A stretch of DNA of 64,000 bases from Candidatus Cryptobacteroides sp. (GTDB lineage: Bacteria > Bacteroidota > Bacteroidia > Bacteroidales > UBA932): assembly GCA_045643085.1 (NCBI GenBank), contig JAZUKB010000008.1:13137-77136 (forward strand), read 5' to 3'. The notes under the pieces are model-generated. The model did no database searches and was not told the origin of the DNA. It saw only the letters and a list, made by a program, of their open reading frames with translations. Within the stretch, counting starts at the first letter, position 1. Every line of letters begins with the position of its first letter. A program made the position numbers and the translations under genes. This document shows, piece by piece, positions 29,579 to 40,132 of this stretch.

Positions 29579-30184
29579 TTATTTTTTACTTTTAACGTAT
29601 TCTGCGTTCAGACCATCGAGGATGTCATCTGTGATGTCGAGAGCTTCGTCGGCAGTCACGATTGGAGCCGGAAGGATGTCGCCCTGGGTGGTGAGAATCA
29701 TTGCGTACTGCTTCTCTGCATTGTATGCGTCCACGAAAGTCTTGATGGCATCTGCCAGCTGGTTCATCATCACTGATTCCTCTTCTGCAATCTCCTGCTG
29801 CTTCTGGGCTGCATAGTTCTGGAAATCAGCCTGCTGCTCCTGCAGTTTCTGGTACTGGGCCTCTGCAACGCTGCGTGTAAGGAGCCCCTTGTCCATCTTG
29901 TCCTGGAATGCCTTTGCGTCGGAGTCAAGCTTGTTGCCCCTGCGGGTCACTTCCTGGTTGATGCTTTCAACCTTGGTCTCCACTACGGAACGGAGATCGT
30001 TTGCCATATCGTATTCGGCGAGAACTCTGTCGAGATTGAAATAAACGATGGTGCCTGCTTCAGGGGAAGCTTCCGTGCCTGCTACGGCCTTGCTCTTGCC
30101 CGGATGGGCCACTATTGTTGCGATTGCAAGCGCGATGACGCCCGCGAGGGCGATGATGCTGAGAATTAGCGGTGTCTTTTTCAT
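29579..30184 (-). CDS. OmpH/Skp family chaperone
   Basis: IVYFNLDRVL, Q/E-rich coiled coil, DITDDILDGLN. Confidence 0.88.
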   Translation of the reverse strand: MKKTPLILSIIALAGVIALAIATIVAHPGKSKAVAGTEASPEAGTIVYFNLDRVLAEYDMANDLRSVVETKVESINQEVTRRGNKLDSDAKAFQDKMDKGLLTRSVAEAQYQKLQEQQADFQNYAAQKQQEIAEEESVMMNQLADAIKTFVDAYNAEKQYAMILTTQGDILPAPIVTADEALDITDDILDGLNAEYVKSKK

Positions 30185-30232
30185 TGTATGATACTTAAAA
30201 TATTATTATCAGATGACAGTCTGCAAAAATAG

Positions 30233-30952
30233 TTAAAAATTCTGAATCTGCTCAAGATAGGACCATATAGTCTTTTCGAGCCCCAGATACAGGGCGTCAC
30301 ATATCAGTGCGTGTCCTATGGAAACTTCATCAGTCCACGGAATCGTCTTTATGAAGAAGGACAGGTTCTGCAGATTGAGATCGTGTCCTGCATTGAGCCC
30401 CAGACCACATTCTCTGGTCGCCTCGGCTGCGATGAGATAAGGTCTTACCGCCTCTTCCGGCCCTTTCGGGAAATCCTCGGCGTAGGCCGCCGTATAAAGT
30501 TCCACCCGGTCGGCTCCGCATAGTTTTGCGCCTTCGACCATCTTCGGGTCCGGATTGACGAAGATAGAGGTCCTTATGCCCTTCTCCTTGAATGAAGAGC
30601 AGACTTCCGTCAGGAAGATACGGTTCCTCAGGGTGTCCCATCCCGCATTGGAAGTGATGGCATCCCTGGCATCGGGAACCAGCGTCACCTGGTCCGGACG
30701 CACTTCGCCTACAAGGGCGATGAAACTTCCCGTCGGATTCCCCTCTATGTTGAATTCCGTCGTTATGACCGGACGTATTTCACGTACGTCCGAATACCTT
30801 ATATGCCGCTCGTCGGGGCGTGGATGGACCGTGATGCCCTCTGCTCCGAACCTTTCGCAGTCCTTCGCGGCCTGCAGGACGTCAGGCATATTGCCTCCTC
30901 TTGCATTGCGGATGGTCGCGATTTTGTTGATATTGACTGATAATCTTGTCAT
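30233..30952 (-). CDS. pdxJ: Pyridoxine 5'-phosphate synthase
   Basis: [39 protein letters not shown]. Confidence 0.97.
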   Translation of the reverse strand: MTRLSVNINKIATIRNARGGNMPDVLQAAKDCERFGAEGITVHPRPDERHIRYSDVREIRPVITTEFNIEGNPTGSFIALVGEVRPDQVTLVPDARDAITSNAGWDTLRNRIFLTEVCSSFKEKGIRTSIFVNPDPKMVEGAKLCGADRVELYTAAYAEDFPKGPEEAVRPYLIAAEATRECGLGLNAGHDLNLQNLSFFIKTIPWTDEVSIGHALICDALYLGLEKTIWSYLEQIQNF

Positions 30953-31013
30953 CGGTACAAAAGTATGAAATATTAAGCACTTTTACGCAAATTTACTAAA
31001 TTTGGAATCTGAT

Positions 31014-31820
31014 ATGAAAATCGCCTATTATATTCGAAAGAGCGAATTGAGGTCCGATGCCAGGGTGTTGTCCCTTCTGGGAATTCTGGAACATTCCGGC
31101 TGCGAGATCTATTCCGTATCGTGCAGCGCCGATGTAAGGCCGCAGACCGACATCCTGTTGAGTTTCGGGGGAGACGGGACTTTCCTGTCAGCATCCCATA
31201 TAATCGCTTCCCAGGGTATACCGGTGCTCGGTGTCAATATGGGCCGGCTTGGCTTTCTTTCCGAGAACGGGCCGGAAAGTGTCGCCGATGCAATCCTGAA
31301 AGGTGAATATGAGATAGAAGAACGGGAACTCCTGCAGGTCGGCGGGCTTGACGGAGACTATCCGTTTGCTCTCAACGAGGTCAGCGTGGCGAGGGTCAGT
31401 GCGGCAATGCTCGGGGTGGATGTCAAATTGAACGGGGAACCGCTCCCGACCTTCTGGGCCGACGGTTTGCTCGTGTCCACAAGCTCCGGGTCGACGGCTT
31501 ATTCCCTGAGCGTCGGAGGGCCGATCTGCACTCCTGACGCCAGAGTTATGATCATCGCCCCGATATCCCCGCACAATCTGAATCTCAGGCCGCTTGTGGT
31601 ACCGCAGGATTCGATTGTGACCATATCCCTGAAGGCGAGGGACAGCCGGGCTTCATTGTCGATAGACAACCATACTTATCCGCTTCCGTCAGAAAGTGAG
31701 ATTACCGTCGGTGCTGCGCCGGTTTGCCTGCGCAAGGTCCGTCTCAACAGATCCAATTTCATAGACGCATTGCGGACCAGGCTGTTCTGGGGTGAGGATG
31801 TGAGAAATACAGAGAGATGA
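31014..31820 (+). CDS. nadK: NAD(+) kinase
   Basis: GGDGTFL, GRLGFL, NE, DGLLVST.SGSTAYSLS.GGP. Confidence 0.95.
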   Translation: MKIAYYIRKSELRSDARVLSLLGILEHSGCEIYSVSCSADVRPQTDILLSFGGDGTFLSASHIIASQGIPVLGVNMGRLGFLSENGPESVADAILKGEYEIEERELLQVGGLDGDYPFALNEVSVARVSAAMLGVDVKLNGEPLPTFWADGLLVSTSSGSTAYSLSVGGPICTPDARVMIIAPISPHNLNLRPLVVPQDSIVTISLKARDSRASLSIDNHTYPLPSESEITVGAAPVCLRKVRLNRSNFIDALRTRLFWGEDVRNTER

Positions 31821-32506
31821 TGAATAGACAGATTCCTTCAAAGATTCCGGTACACGTGTCGTTCATAATGGATGGCAACGGACGATGGGCCACAAGGCGT
31901 GGTAAAGAAAGGGTTTTCGGACATTACGAGGGTGTGGAGAGCGTCAGGGCCGTATTGGAGGCCAGCGTGGAATGGGGCATCAGGTATGCCTCTTTCTTTG
32001 CTTTTTCAGAAGAGAACTGGAATCGTCCGGAAGGGGAGGTGCTCGCGTTGATGGAACTGATGATGAAGTCGATGAAGCGTGAACTCCCCACCTTTATGGA
32101 CAACGGGATCCGGTTTCTTGTCCTCGGAAACAGGGAAAGGCTTTCCGACAGTCTCAATGCCACGATAGATGAGATGCAGGACAGGACGGCTTCAAATGAC
32201 GTCCTTACGATGATAATCTTCCTGAGTTACAGCGGCAAATGGGATATACGCCAGGCGGCCCGGAAGATGGCCGAGGCCGGGGACGACGACATAGAGAAGT
32301 ATCTTGTCACCGCCGGAATCCCCGACCCGGACCTGATGATCCGTACTTCAGGGGAGGAAAGAATCAGCAATTATATGCTCTGGCAGCTCGCCTATACGGA
32401 ATTCGTGTTCACCGATACACTTTGGCCTGATTTTAGAAAGGAACAGTTCCGTGCTGCGCTGGAGGAATATGCTATGCGGGACAGACGTTTCGGAAAAGTC
32501 AAATAA
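31817..32506 (+). CDS. uppS: Undecaprenyl diphosphate synthase
   Basis: IMDGNGRWA, FSEENW.R, DLMIRTSGE.RISN, RRFG. Confidence 0.96.
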   Translation: MMNRQIPSKIPVHVSFIMDGNGRWATRRGKERVFGHYEGVESVRAVLEASVEWGIRYASFFAFSEENWNRPEGEVLALMELMMKSMKRELPTFMDNGIRFLVLGNRERLSDSLNATIDEMQDRTASNDVLTMIIFLSYSGKWDIRQAARKMAEAGDDDIEKYLVTAGIPDPDLMIRTSGEERISNYMLWQLAYTEFVFTDTLWPDFRKEQFRAALEEYAMRDRRFGKVK

Positions 32507-32537
32507 TTCAGTATATTTGCACATTTGTCATTTGAAG

Positions 32538-35150
32538 ATGAGAATAATCAGAATAATCACGTCCCTGGTTCTGGCCCTTATGCCTGTCCTTGCGTCAGCG
32601 CAGGAGACCGGAGAAGGCGTGGAAATTGATTATAACCACCCGCGGACATATCTGATCGGCGGTGTCTCAGTGGAGGGAAACAGCTATTTCAGCCAGCAGC
32701 AGATAATCCAGCTTACGGGTATGGCTCCAGGTATGGAAATCACGGTTCCGGGAGAAGACATCTCCGGCATCGTGAAGCGCCTGTGGATGCAGAGGTTCTT
32801 CAGCGACGTTGCGCTCAGCATAGACCATCTCAGTGCCGATGGAGATTCGGCATATTTCAAGATATCCATCAAGGAAAGGCCGAGAGTGTCCAGATGGACC
32901 TTCTCCGGCGTGAAGAATGCCGATAAGAAGGACCTGCAGGAGCAGCTGAACCTGCGAAGGGGAGGGGAATTCTCCGAATATGTGGAGAAGAACGCGACCG
33001 ACATCATCAAGAAATTCTATGCCGAAAAGGGTTATCAGCTGTGTGAAGTCAAGACCGAAGTCCAGAAGGATAGTATGGTCAGCAATGCCATCAGGGTGAA
33101 TTTTGCCGTAGACAGGGGCCCGAAGGTCAGAATCAAGGACATCAACTTCATAGGTAACGATCACGTCAAGGAGTATAAGCTGGCCCGTTCGATGAAGAAG
33201 ACCAAGTCCAACAAGTGGTACAATTTCTTCAGCAGCAAGAAATTCGACAGCAAGGAATATCCGAATGACCTCAAGGGCGCCCTCAGTGCGTTCAATGAGG
33301 CCGGATACAGGGATGCCAGGATAGTAAGGGACTCTATCTACTACCTTGAGCCCGAACCGGGGAAGAAATCAAATACGAGGAAGCTCGCCATCGACCTTGA
33401 ATTCGAGGAAGGCGAACAGTATTATTTCAGGGACATCACCTGGACAGGAAACTCCGTATTCAGTTCAGAGGACCTCAATTCTATACTTGCAATCAACAAG
33501 GGAGATGTTTACGATGTGGTTTCAATGCAGAAGAAACTCTTCGGTGGCGGAAAGCAGACGGATTATGACGTTTCCAAGCTATACAGGGACAACGGCTACC
33601 TTTTCTTCTCCCTGACTCCGGTCGAGACAAATATCGAGAATGACTCCGTGGACGTTGAACTTCGTATCTCCGAAGGCAAGCAGGCTACGCTCAACAACAT
33701 CATCATCATCGGAAACGACCTGACGAACGAGAAGGTCGTACGTCGTCAGATATTCACCCGCCCGGGCTATCTTTTCAGCCAGTCGGATTTCGAGAGGTCC
33801 GTAAGGGAAATCGCATCACTCGGACAGTTCGATTCTGAGGCGATAATGGATCCGTCCACCGGATGGTCCCTCATACCGAATCAGCTCAACAATACCGTGG
33901 ATATAACTTACAACGTCACGGAGAAGCCTTCCAGCCAGCTTGAGCTTTCCGGCGGATGGGGCGGCAATACCTTCGTAGCCACCGTCGGTGTCAGCTTCAA
34001 CAACTTCTCCACGCACAGGTTCTTTGACAAGAGTGCCTGGAGGCCGGTGCCTCTTGGAGATGCCCAGAACCTTGCCTTCCGTTTCCAGACCAACGGTACT
34101 TACTATACGGCGATTTCGGCAAATTTCACGGAGCCGTGGCTGACCGGAAAGAAACCTACTTCACTGAATCTTTCTGCCTACTATACAAGACAGACCAATT
34201 CTTATCTGGCTCTGAACATTCTCAGCAATGACCGCCAGATGGAGGTGTTCGGCTTCTCCGCATCACTGGGTTCAAGATTGAAATGGCCTGACAACTATTT
34301 CGTGCTTTATCACGGATTCAGCTGGCAGACATACAAGTTGACGAACTGGTATTCCGGGTATTTCATCTTTGACGACGGTATATCCAACAACATAAGCTAT
34401 TCCATAACTTTGATGAGGAACTCCACGGACCAGCAGCTCTATCCGCGTCAGGGTACCGAGTTCTCAGCTTCACTTCAGCTTACTCCTCCGTTCTCGCTGT
34501 TCCGCAAATACGACTACGACGCCAAGGGGAACAAGATTCCTGTGGCCAGTTGGAGGGATGTCAATTATGACAGCGGGAACTGGACGGCTCAGAACCGTTA
34601 CCGTTGGATAGAATACCACAAGTGGAAATTCTCCGCAGCAACATACTCGAAGCTTATCGGGGACCTCGTGCTTATGACACGTGCACAGTTCGGTTATCTG
34701 GGATATTACAACAGGAACTGGGGCTATTCTCCATTCGAGGGATTCCTTGTCGGAGGTGACGGAATGTCCGGCTACAGCACCTACGGTTCCGAAGTCATTT
34801 CCTTGAGAGGATATGAGAACTATTCATTGACTCCTTATCAGGTTTCCACATACAATACCAACGGATATGCATATGCCGGTAACGTTTACGACAAGTTCAC
34901 CGTCGAACTCCGTTATCCGGTAATACTTCAGCCACAGTCCACGATATACGTGCTCGGATTCCTCGAAGGAGGTAACTGCTGGGCTGACATCAGGGAGTTC
35001 AATCCTTTCCAGATTAAGCGTTCCGCCGGCGTGGGCGTGAGAATATTCCTTCCAATGGTCGGACTGCTAGGTGTGGACTGGGGTTATGGATTTGACGATC
35101 CGACTAGAGGAAAAAGCCAGTTCCATTTCGTGATAGGACAACAATTTTAA
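32538..35150 (+). CDS. bamA: Outer membrane protein assembly factor BamA
   Basis: POTRA repeats, LRGY motif, C-terminal FVIGQQF. Start MRIIRII follows TATATTTG (32512-32519). Confidence 0.95.
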   Translation: MRIIRIITSLVLALMPVLASAQETGEGVEIDYNHPRTYLIGGVSVEGNSYFSQQQIIQLTGMAPGMEITVPGEDISGIVKRLWMQRFFSDVALSIDHLSADGDSAYFKISIKERPRVSRWTFSGVKNADKKDLQEQLNLRRGGEFSEYVEKNATDIIKKFYAEKGYQLCEVKTEVQKDSMVSNAIRVNFAVDRGPKVRIKDINFIGNDHVKEYKLARSMKKTKSNKWYNFFSSKKFDSKEYPNDLKGALSAFNEAGYRDARIVRDSIYYLEPEPGKKSNTRKLAIDLEFEEGEQYYFRDITWTGNSVFSSEDLNSILAINKGDVYDVVSMQKKLFGGGKQTDYDVSKLYRDNGYLFFSLTPVETNIENDSVDVELRISEGKQATLNNIIIIGNDLTNEKVVRRQIFTRPGYLFSQSDFERSVREIASLGQFDSEAIMDPSTGWSLIPNQLNNTVDITYNVTEKPSSQLELSGGWGGNTFVATVGVSFNNFSTHRFFDKSAWRPVPLGDAQNLAFRFQTNGTYYTAISANFTEPWLTGKKPTSLNLSAYYTRQTNSYLALNILSNDRQMEVFGFSASLGSRLKWPDNYFVLYHGFSWQTYKLTNWYSGYFIFDDGISNNISYSITLMRNSTDQQLYPRQGTEFSASLQLTPPFSLFRKYDYDAKGNKIPVASWRDVNYDSGNWTAQNRYRWIEYHKWKFSAATYSKLIGDLVLMTRAQFGYLGYYNRNWGYSPFEGFLVGGDGMSGYSTYGSEVISLRGYENYSLTPYQVSTYNTNGYAYAGNVYDKFTVELRYPVILQPQSTIYVLGFLEGGNCWADIREFNPFQIKRSAGVGVRIFLPMVGLLGVDWGYGFDDPTRGKSQFHFVIGQQF

Positions 35151-35160
35151 ATGATTTGAT

Positions 35161-35733
35161 ATGAAAAGATTTTTTGTTATTGCCGCAATGGCATTAATCT
35201 GTACTGCGGCTATGGCTCAGCCAAAGTTCGCGCACGTCAATTTCTCAGAGCTCGTACAGCTTGCTCCGGAAGCTGATCAGGCACGCGCTGCAATGAACGC
35301 TTCAAGCCAGGAGGCTCAGGAAACATACCAGGCTATGGTTGAGGAGTTCCAGACCAAGTATCAGCAGTACCAGTCAAAGGCCAGCACCTGGACACAGGCC
35401 ATCCTTGAGAGCAAGGAGAAGGAGCTTACCGAGATACAGCAGCGCATCCAGGAATTCGAGCAGTCCGTACAGGCAGAGCTCCAGCAGCAACAGCAGCAGC
35501 TTATGGCTCCTATCTATGACAAGGCGCAGAAGGTTGTGACCGATCTCGCAAAGGAAGGCGGATACATCTATGTATTCGATATGGGCACTGCACTCTACAT
35601 TGATGATTCACAGAGTGTGGATTTGACAAAGGCTGCCAGAAAGGCACTTGGAATCGCCGACGACAGGACTTTGGAAGCCCTGCAGGCAGAGCTTCAGGCT
35701 CAGGCCGAAGCTCAGGCCGCACAGCAGCAGTAG
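35161..35733 (+). CDS. skp: OmpH/Skp family chaperone
   Basis: KFAHVN, Q-rich coiled coil, GYIYVFD; directly downstream of bamA. Confidence 0.9.
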   Translation: MKRFFVIAAMALICTAAMAQPKFAHVNFSELVQLAPEADQARAAMNASSQEAQETYQAMVEEFQTKYQQYQSKASTWTQAILESKEKELTEIQQRIQEFEQSVQAELQQQQQQLMAPIYDKAQKVVTDLAKEGGYIYVFDMGTALYIDDSQSVDLTKAARKALGIADDRTLEALQAELQAQAEAQAAQQQ

Positions 35734-35751
35734 AGACAAAGACGGGAATTC

Positions 35752-35782
35752 GGGAGGTGCCGTGGCACCTCCCTTTAATTTT
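35752..35782 (+). terminator. Intrinsic terminator after skp
   Basis: GGGAGGTGCC-GT-GGCACCTCCC followed by TTTAATTTT. Confidence 0.85.
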
Positions 35783-35791
35783 ATCTGATAG

Positions 35792-37639
35792 ATGCAACAT
35801 AAGGTTATCGACGCAAAAGACGTCGTAATAAGGTTTGCGGGTGATTCGGGTGACGGTATGCAGTTGACGGGCTCCCTCTTTGCCGATATGTCAGCCATAT
35901 ACGGCAACGGGCTGTCGACGTTCCCGGACTATCCCGCTGAAATCAGGGCTCCTCACGGAACCGTTTCAGGAGTCTCAGGCTTCCAGGTGCATATCGGAAG
36001 TGACGAGGTCAACACTCCAGGTGACTTCTGCGATATGCTCATCGCGATGAATCCCGCTGCCCTGAAGGCGAATGCGAAATGGTGCAAGCGCCACGCAATG
36101 ATACTCGTGGACGAAGATTCGTTCGATGAGGCGGGAATGAAAAAGGCAGGTTTCAAGACCGGGAATCCTTTTGTGGAACTTGGGGTTGAGGATAGGGCCC
36201 TCATCATTGCCCCTATCACCACGATGACGAAGGAAAGTCTCAAAGACAGCGGAATGGATCAGAAGTCCATTCTCAAGTGCAAGAACATGTTCACTCTCGG
36301 AATAGCCTGCTATATTTACAACAGGCCTCTGGATCCTATATATCAGTATCTGGAGAAGAAATTCTCCAAGAAGCATCCGGAAGTGATTGCACCGAACAGG
36401 AAGGTCCTCGACGACGGCTTCAATTATGCAGCCAACGTCCAGGCAATCCCCAATACATACACGATAGAGCCTGTAAAGTCAGCCAAGAAGGGAACATACA
36501 GGAATGTCACCGGCAACCAGGCCATCGCGTGGGGACTCCTGGCAGCATCCGAGAAGTCCGGCCTGCCATTGTTCTGCGGGTCATATCCTATCACGCCGGC
36601 TACGGCTATCCTGGAAGAGCTCGCGATACACAAGAGCCTTGGAGCAAAGACACTTCAGGCCGAAGATGAAATTGCCGGTATATGTACGGCCATAGGCGCC
36701 GCCTTTGCCGGGAACCTTGCGGTGACCACGACTTCTGGTCCGGGTCTCTCCCTCAAGAGCGAGGCGATGGGACTCGCGGTGATGACGGAACTGCCTCTGG
36801 TCATAATTGACGTGCAGAGAGGCGGTCCTTCGACTGGACTTCCGACAAAGACAGAACAGACAGACCTCAATCAGGCCCTGTATGGACGGAATGGAGAGTG
36901 CCCTATCCCGGTGATGTCTGCACATTCCCCGGCAAACTGCTTCTGGGCGGCTTTCACTGCAGCAAAGATTGCCCTTGAACATATGACTCCGGTCCTGCTC
37001 CTTTCAGAAGGATTCCTTGGAAACGGCAGTGAGCCTTGGCTCATCCCGTCGATGAAGGATTATCCGGAAATCAAACCTCCGTTTGCAACGGGGGCGGTGG
37101 CGGAAGGTGAGAAATTCCATCCGTTCGACAGAGATCCTCAGACGATGGTCCGCAGGTGGGCCGTTCCCGGACAGAAGGGATTCGAGCACAGGGTCGGCGG
37201 TCTCGAAAAGACACACGCCGGAGTGCTTTCGACCGATCCTTTGAACCACGCGGAGATGGTGGCGGAACGCGAGGCCAAGGTGGAGCTTATCGCAAACGAG
37301 ATTCCTGAACTCGTGGTCCAGGGTTCAAAGAGCGGCAAGCTGCTCGTAATTGGTTGGGGAGGCACGTACGGGCATATTGCAAGTGCAATGCATGATCTTT
37401 GGGATGAAGGCGTGGATGTGTCATACACTCATTTCGATTTCATCAAGCCTCTTCCGAAGAATACCGAGGCAGTGCTCTCCTCATTCGAGAAGATACTCGT
37501 GTGTGAGCTCAACAGCGGACAGTTCGCAAGATATCTGCGCGGACGGTATCCAAAATTCAGGTTTGAATCCTATGGAAAGGTACAGGGACAGCCGTTCCTC
37601 GTACAGGAACTCGTGGATGCAATCAAAAAGGAACTGTAA
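35792..37639 (+). CDS. korA: 2-oxoacid:ferredoxin oxidoreductase alpha (gamma-alpha fusion)
   Basis: FAGDSGDGMQ, YPITPA, AEDEIA, TTSGPG, QRGGPSTGLPT. Confidence 0.93.
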   Translation: MQHKVIDAKDVVIRFAGDSGDGMQLTGSLFADMSAIYGNGLSTFPDYPAEIRAPHGTVSGVSGFQVHIGSDEVNTPGDFCDMLIAMNPAALKANAKWCKRHAMILVDEDSFDEAGMKKAGFKTGNPFVELGVEDRALIIAPITTMTKESLKDSGMDQKSILKCKNMFTLGIACYIYNRPLDPIYQYLEKKFSKKHPEVIAPNRKVLDDGFNYAANVQAIPNTYTIEPVKSAKKGTYRNVTGNQAIAWGLLAASEKSGLPLFCGSYPITPATAILEELAIHKSLGAKTLQAEDEIAGICTAIGAAFAGNLAVTTTSGPGLSLKSEAMGLAVMTELPLVIIDVQRGGPSTGLPTKTEQTDLNQALYGRNGECPIPVMSAHSPANCFWAAFTAAKIALEHMTPVLLLSEGFLGNGSEPWLIPSMKDYPEIKPPFATGAVAEGEKFHPFDRDPQTMVRRWAVPGQKGFEHRVGGLEKTHAGVLSTDPLNHAEMVAEREAKVELIANEIPELVVQGSKSGKLLVIGWGGTYGHIASAMHDLWDEGVDVSYTHFDFIKPLPKNTEAVLSSFEKILVCELNSGQFARYLRGRYPKFRFESYGKVQGQPFLVQELVDAIKKEL

Positions 37640-37641
37640 TT

Positions 37642-38661
37642 ATGGCAACACTTACAGCAAAGGATTTCAAGAGCGACCAGGAAGTGCGCTGGTGCCCCGG
37701 ATGCGGGGACCACGCCGTGCTTGCGTCACTCCAGAGGGCGCTTCCAAAGGTAAGCCAGGCCCTCAATTATGATAAGGAAAGATATGTCATCGTTTCCGGT
37801 ATCGGGTGCTCGTCCAGACTTCCGTACTATATGGATACCTACGGATTCCACAGTATCCACGGACGTGCCACGGCCATAAGCACCGGAATCAAGGTGGCCA
37901 ATCCGTGGCTTACGGTATGGCAGGTCTGCGGGGATGGTGATGCGCTGGCAATCGGTGGCAACCATTTCATACACGCCATCCGCAGGAATATAGACATCAA
38001 CGTCATCCTGTTCAACAATCAGATATACGGTTTGACCAAGGGACAATACAGCCCTACTTCCAAGTTCGGAGCCATTACTAAGACATCCCCGTACGGAACC
38101 GTGGAGCATCCTTTCAATCCGGGATCGCTTGTCCTAGGTGCGAAGGGGACTTTCTTCGCGAGAAGCCTGGACGTGGAACTTGCCCTCAATGAGGAGATTA
38201 TGACGGCGGCTGCACTTCACGACGGATGCTCTGTTATGGAGATGCTTACCAACTGTGTGATTTTCAATGATGGAGCACATAAGAATCTGTCAGATCCTGC
38301 CGTAAGGGCGGACCATACGATTGTCCTCAGACACGGGGAGAAGATGATATTCGGAAAGGAAAGGGACCGTGGCCTCGTGTACGACGGCAAGAAGATCCGT
38401 GCAGTCCGCATCGGGGAAGGAGGATATACCGAGGATGATATACTCGTCCACGATGCCCATACGGACAACATCGGCATACATATGGCTCTGGCTGATATGA
38501 AAGGACCGGATTACCCTGTCGCCCTCGGTGTCATCAGGGACGTCAAGAGCATCACTTATGATGACGGAGTCCGCGATCAGGTCAAGGACGTGATGGCCAA
38601 GTCATCAATACACAGCGTTGACGATCTGCTTCACAGCGGATCCACTTGGGAAGTGAAATAA
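37642..38661 (+). CDS. korB: 2-oxoacid:ferredoxin oxidoreductase beta
   Basis: WCPGCGD, SGIGCSSR, GDGD TPP motif, YGLTKGQ.SPT. Confidence 0.93.
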   Translation: MATLTAKDFKSDQEVRWCPGCGDHAVLASLQRALPKVSQALNYDKERYVIVSGIGCSSRLPYYMDTYGFHSIHGRATAISTGIKVANPWLTVWQVCGDGDALAIGGNHFIHAIRRNIDINVILFNNQIYGLTKGQYSPTSKFGAITKTSPYGTVEHPFNPGSLVLGAKGTFFARSLDVELALNEEIMTAAALHDGCSVMEMLTNCVIFNDGAHKNLSDPAVRADHTIVLRHGEKMIFGKERDRGLVYDGKKIRAVRIGEGGYTEDDILVHDAHTDNIGIHMALADMKGPDYPVALGVIRDVKSITYDDGVRDQVKDVMAKSSIHSVDDLLHSGSTWEVK

Positions 38662-38675
38662 ACATTTATTTCTAT

Positions 38676-40019
38676 ATGAAAACTCAACAAATAATGGCCG
38701 GACTCCAGGCCAAGTACCCTGGCGAGAATGAGTATCTCCAGGCCGTACAGGAGGTTTTGGAATCAATCGAGGATGTGTATAACCAGCATCCTGAGTATGA
38801 GAAGGCAAAGATTGTCGAAAGGATGGTCGAGCCTGACCGCATCTTCACATTCCGCGTGACCTGGGTGGACGACAAGGGCGAAGTTCAGACAAACCTTGGA
38901 TACCGTATCCAGTTCAACAGTGCAATCGGACCTTACAAGGGTGGACTTCGTTTCCATAAGGCTGTTACCCCTTCAATGTTGAAGTTCCTTGGTTTTGAGC
39001 AGACATTCAAGAATGCGCTCACCACTCTCCCTATGGGTGGAGCCAAGGGCGGTTCTGATTTTGACCCTGTCGGCAAGAGCAATGATGAGATAATGCGCTT
39101 CTGCCAGGCGTTTATGTGGGAACTTTGGAACTGCATAGGACCTGATCAGGATATCCCGGCAGGTGATGTTGGCGTGGGTGGCCGAGAAATCGGTTATTTG
39201 TACGGAATGTACAAGAAACTAGCCCGGGAATACAATACGGGAGTGCTTACAGGAAAGGGCGGCACCTGGGGTGGTTCCATCCTTCGCCCGGAAGCTACCG
39301 GTTTCGGTGCACTTTATTTTACGCAGAACCTTCTTCACAAGGCGGGAAAGGACATAAAGGGCTGTAAGGTCGCCATTTCAGGTTTCGGAAACGTCGCCTG
39401 GGGGGCCTGCACCAAGGCTACTCAGCTCGGCGCCAAGGTGGTTGCCATCTCCGGTCCGGACGGAGTGTGCGAGATCCCTGACGGCATTACCCCTGAGATG
39501 ATAGCATATATGCTTGAGATGCGTGCCTCCAACCGTAACAAGGTCGAGGATATGGCCACAAAGTTCCCGGAAAAGACGAAGTTCACCGCCGGCAAGAAGG
39601 CCTGGAGTGTAAAGTGCGATATCGCGCTCCCTTGTGCATTCCAGAACGAACTTTCAGAGGATGATGCTAAGGAACTCAAGTCAAATGGAACCTGGTGCTG
39701 CTGCGAAGTCAGCAATATGGGCTGCCAGCCTGGCGCCATCCACTATTTCCAGAACAACGGAGTGCTTTTCGCCCCTGGTAAGGCAGTCAATGCCGGTGGA
39801 GTTGCGACATCCGGACTCGAGATGACCCAGAATGCCAGCCATATCAGCTGGAGCGCCCAGGAGGTCGATGATAAGCTGCATTTCATTATGGATTCCATCC
39901 ACGAACAGTGCGTCAAGTTCGGTACACAGCCGGACGGACACGTCGATTATGTGAAGGGAGCCAACATCGCAGGGTTCATGAAGGTGGCTCAGGCTATGCT
40001 TGAGCAGGGTATCGTCTAA
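38676..40019 (+). CDS. gdhA: Glutamate dehydrogenase (NAD(P))
   Basis: GPYKGGLRF, GGAKGGSDF, PAGDVGVG, RPEATG, SGFGNV, NAGGVA. Confidence 0.96.
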   Translation: MKTQQIMAGLQAKYPGENEYLQAVQEVLESIEDVYNQHPEYEKAKIVERMVEPDRIFTFRVTWVDDKGEVQTNLGYRIQFNSAIGPYKGGLRFHKAVTPSMLKFLGFEQTFKNALTTLPMGGAKGGSDFDPVGKSNDEIMRFCQAFMWELWNCIGPDQDIPAGDVGVGGREIGYLYGMYKKLAREYNTGVLTGKGGTWGGSILRPEATGFGALYFTQNLLHKAGKDIKGCKVAISGFGNVAWGACTKATQLGAKVVAISGPDGVCEIPDGITPEMIAYMLEMRASNRNKVEDMATKFPEKTKFTAGKKAWSVKCDIALPCAFQNELSEDDAKELKSNGTWCCCEVSNMGCQPGAIHYFQNNGVLFAPGKAVNAGGVATSGLEMTQNASHISWSAQEVDDKLHFIMDSIHEQCVKFGTQPDGHVDYVKGANIAGFMKVAQAMLEQGIV

Positions 40020-40047
40020 TCGTTTCAAACAAACAGTATACTGCAAG

Positions 40048-40084
40048 GAGGGCATCGGTCAGCCGACCGATGCCCTCGCTTTTG
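40048..40084 (+). terminator. Intrinsic terminator after gdhA
   Basis: Perfect 13-bp stem GAGGGCATCGGTC-AGCC-GACCGATGCCCTC, then GCTTTT. Confidence 0.8.
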
Positions 40085-40132
40085 CTCGGAAAGGCCTCCC
40101 TTGAGTCCTTCCTTGCCGCCATATTCTGATGC

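Noticed and set aside
35479-35502. CAG-rich run in skp
   Set aside because: Encodes the Gln-rich coiled coil typical of OmpH; not a contingency repeat.
35762-35780. TGGCAC as a sigma-54 -24 element upstream of korA
   Set aside because: No TTGC at -12, and the sequence is part of the skp terminator stem.
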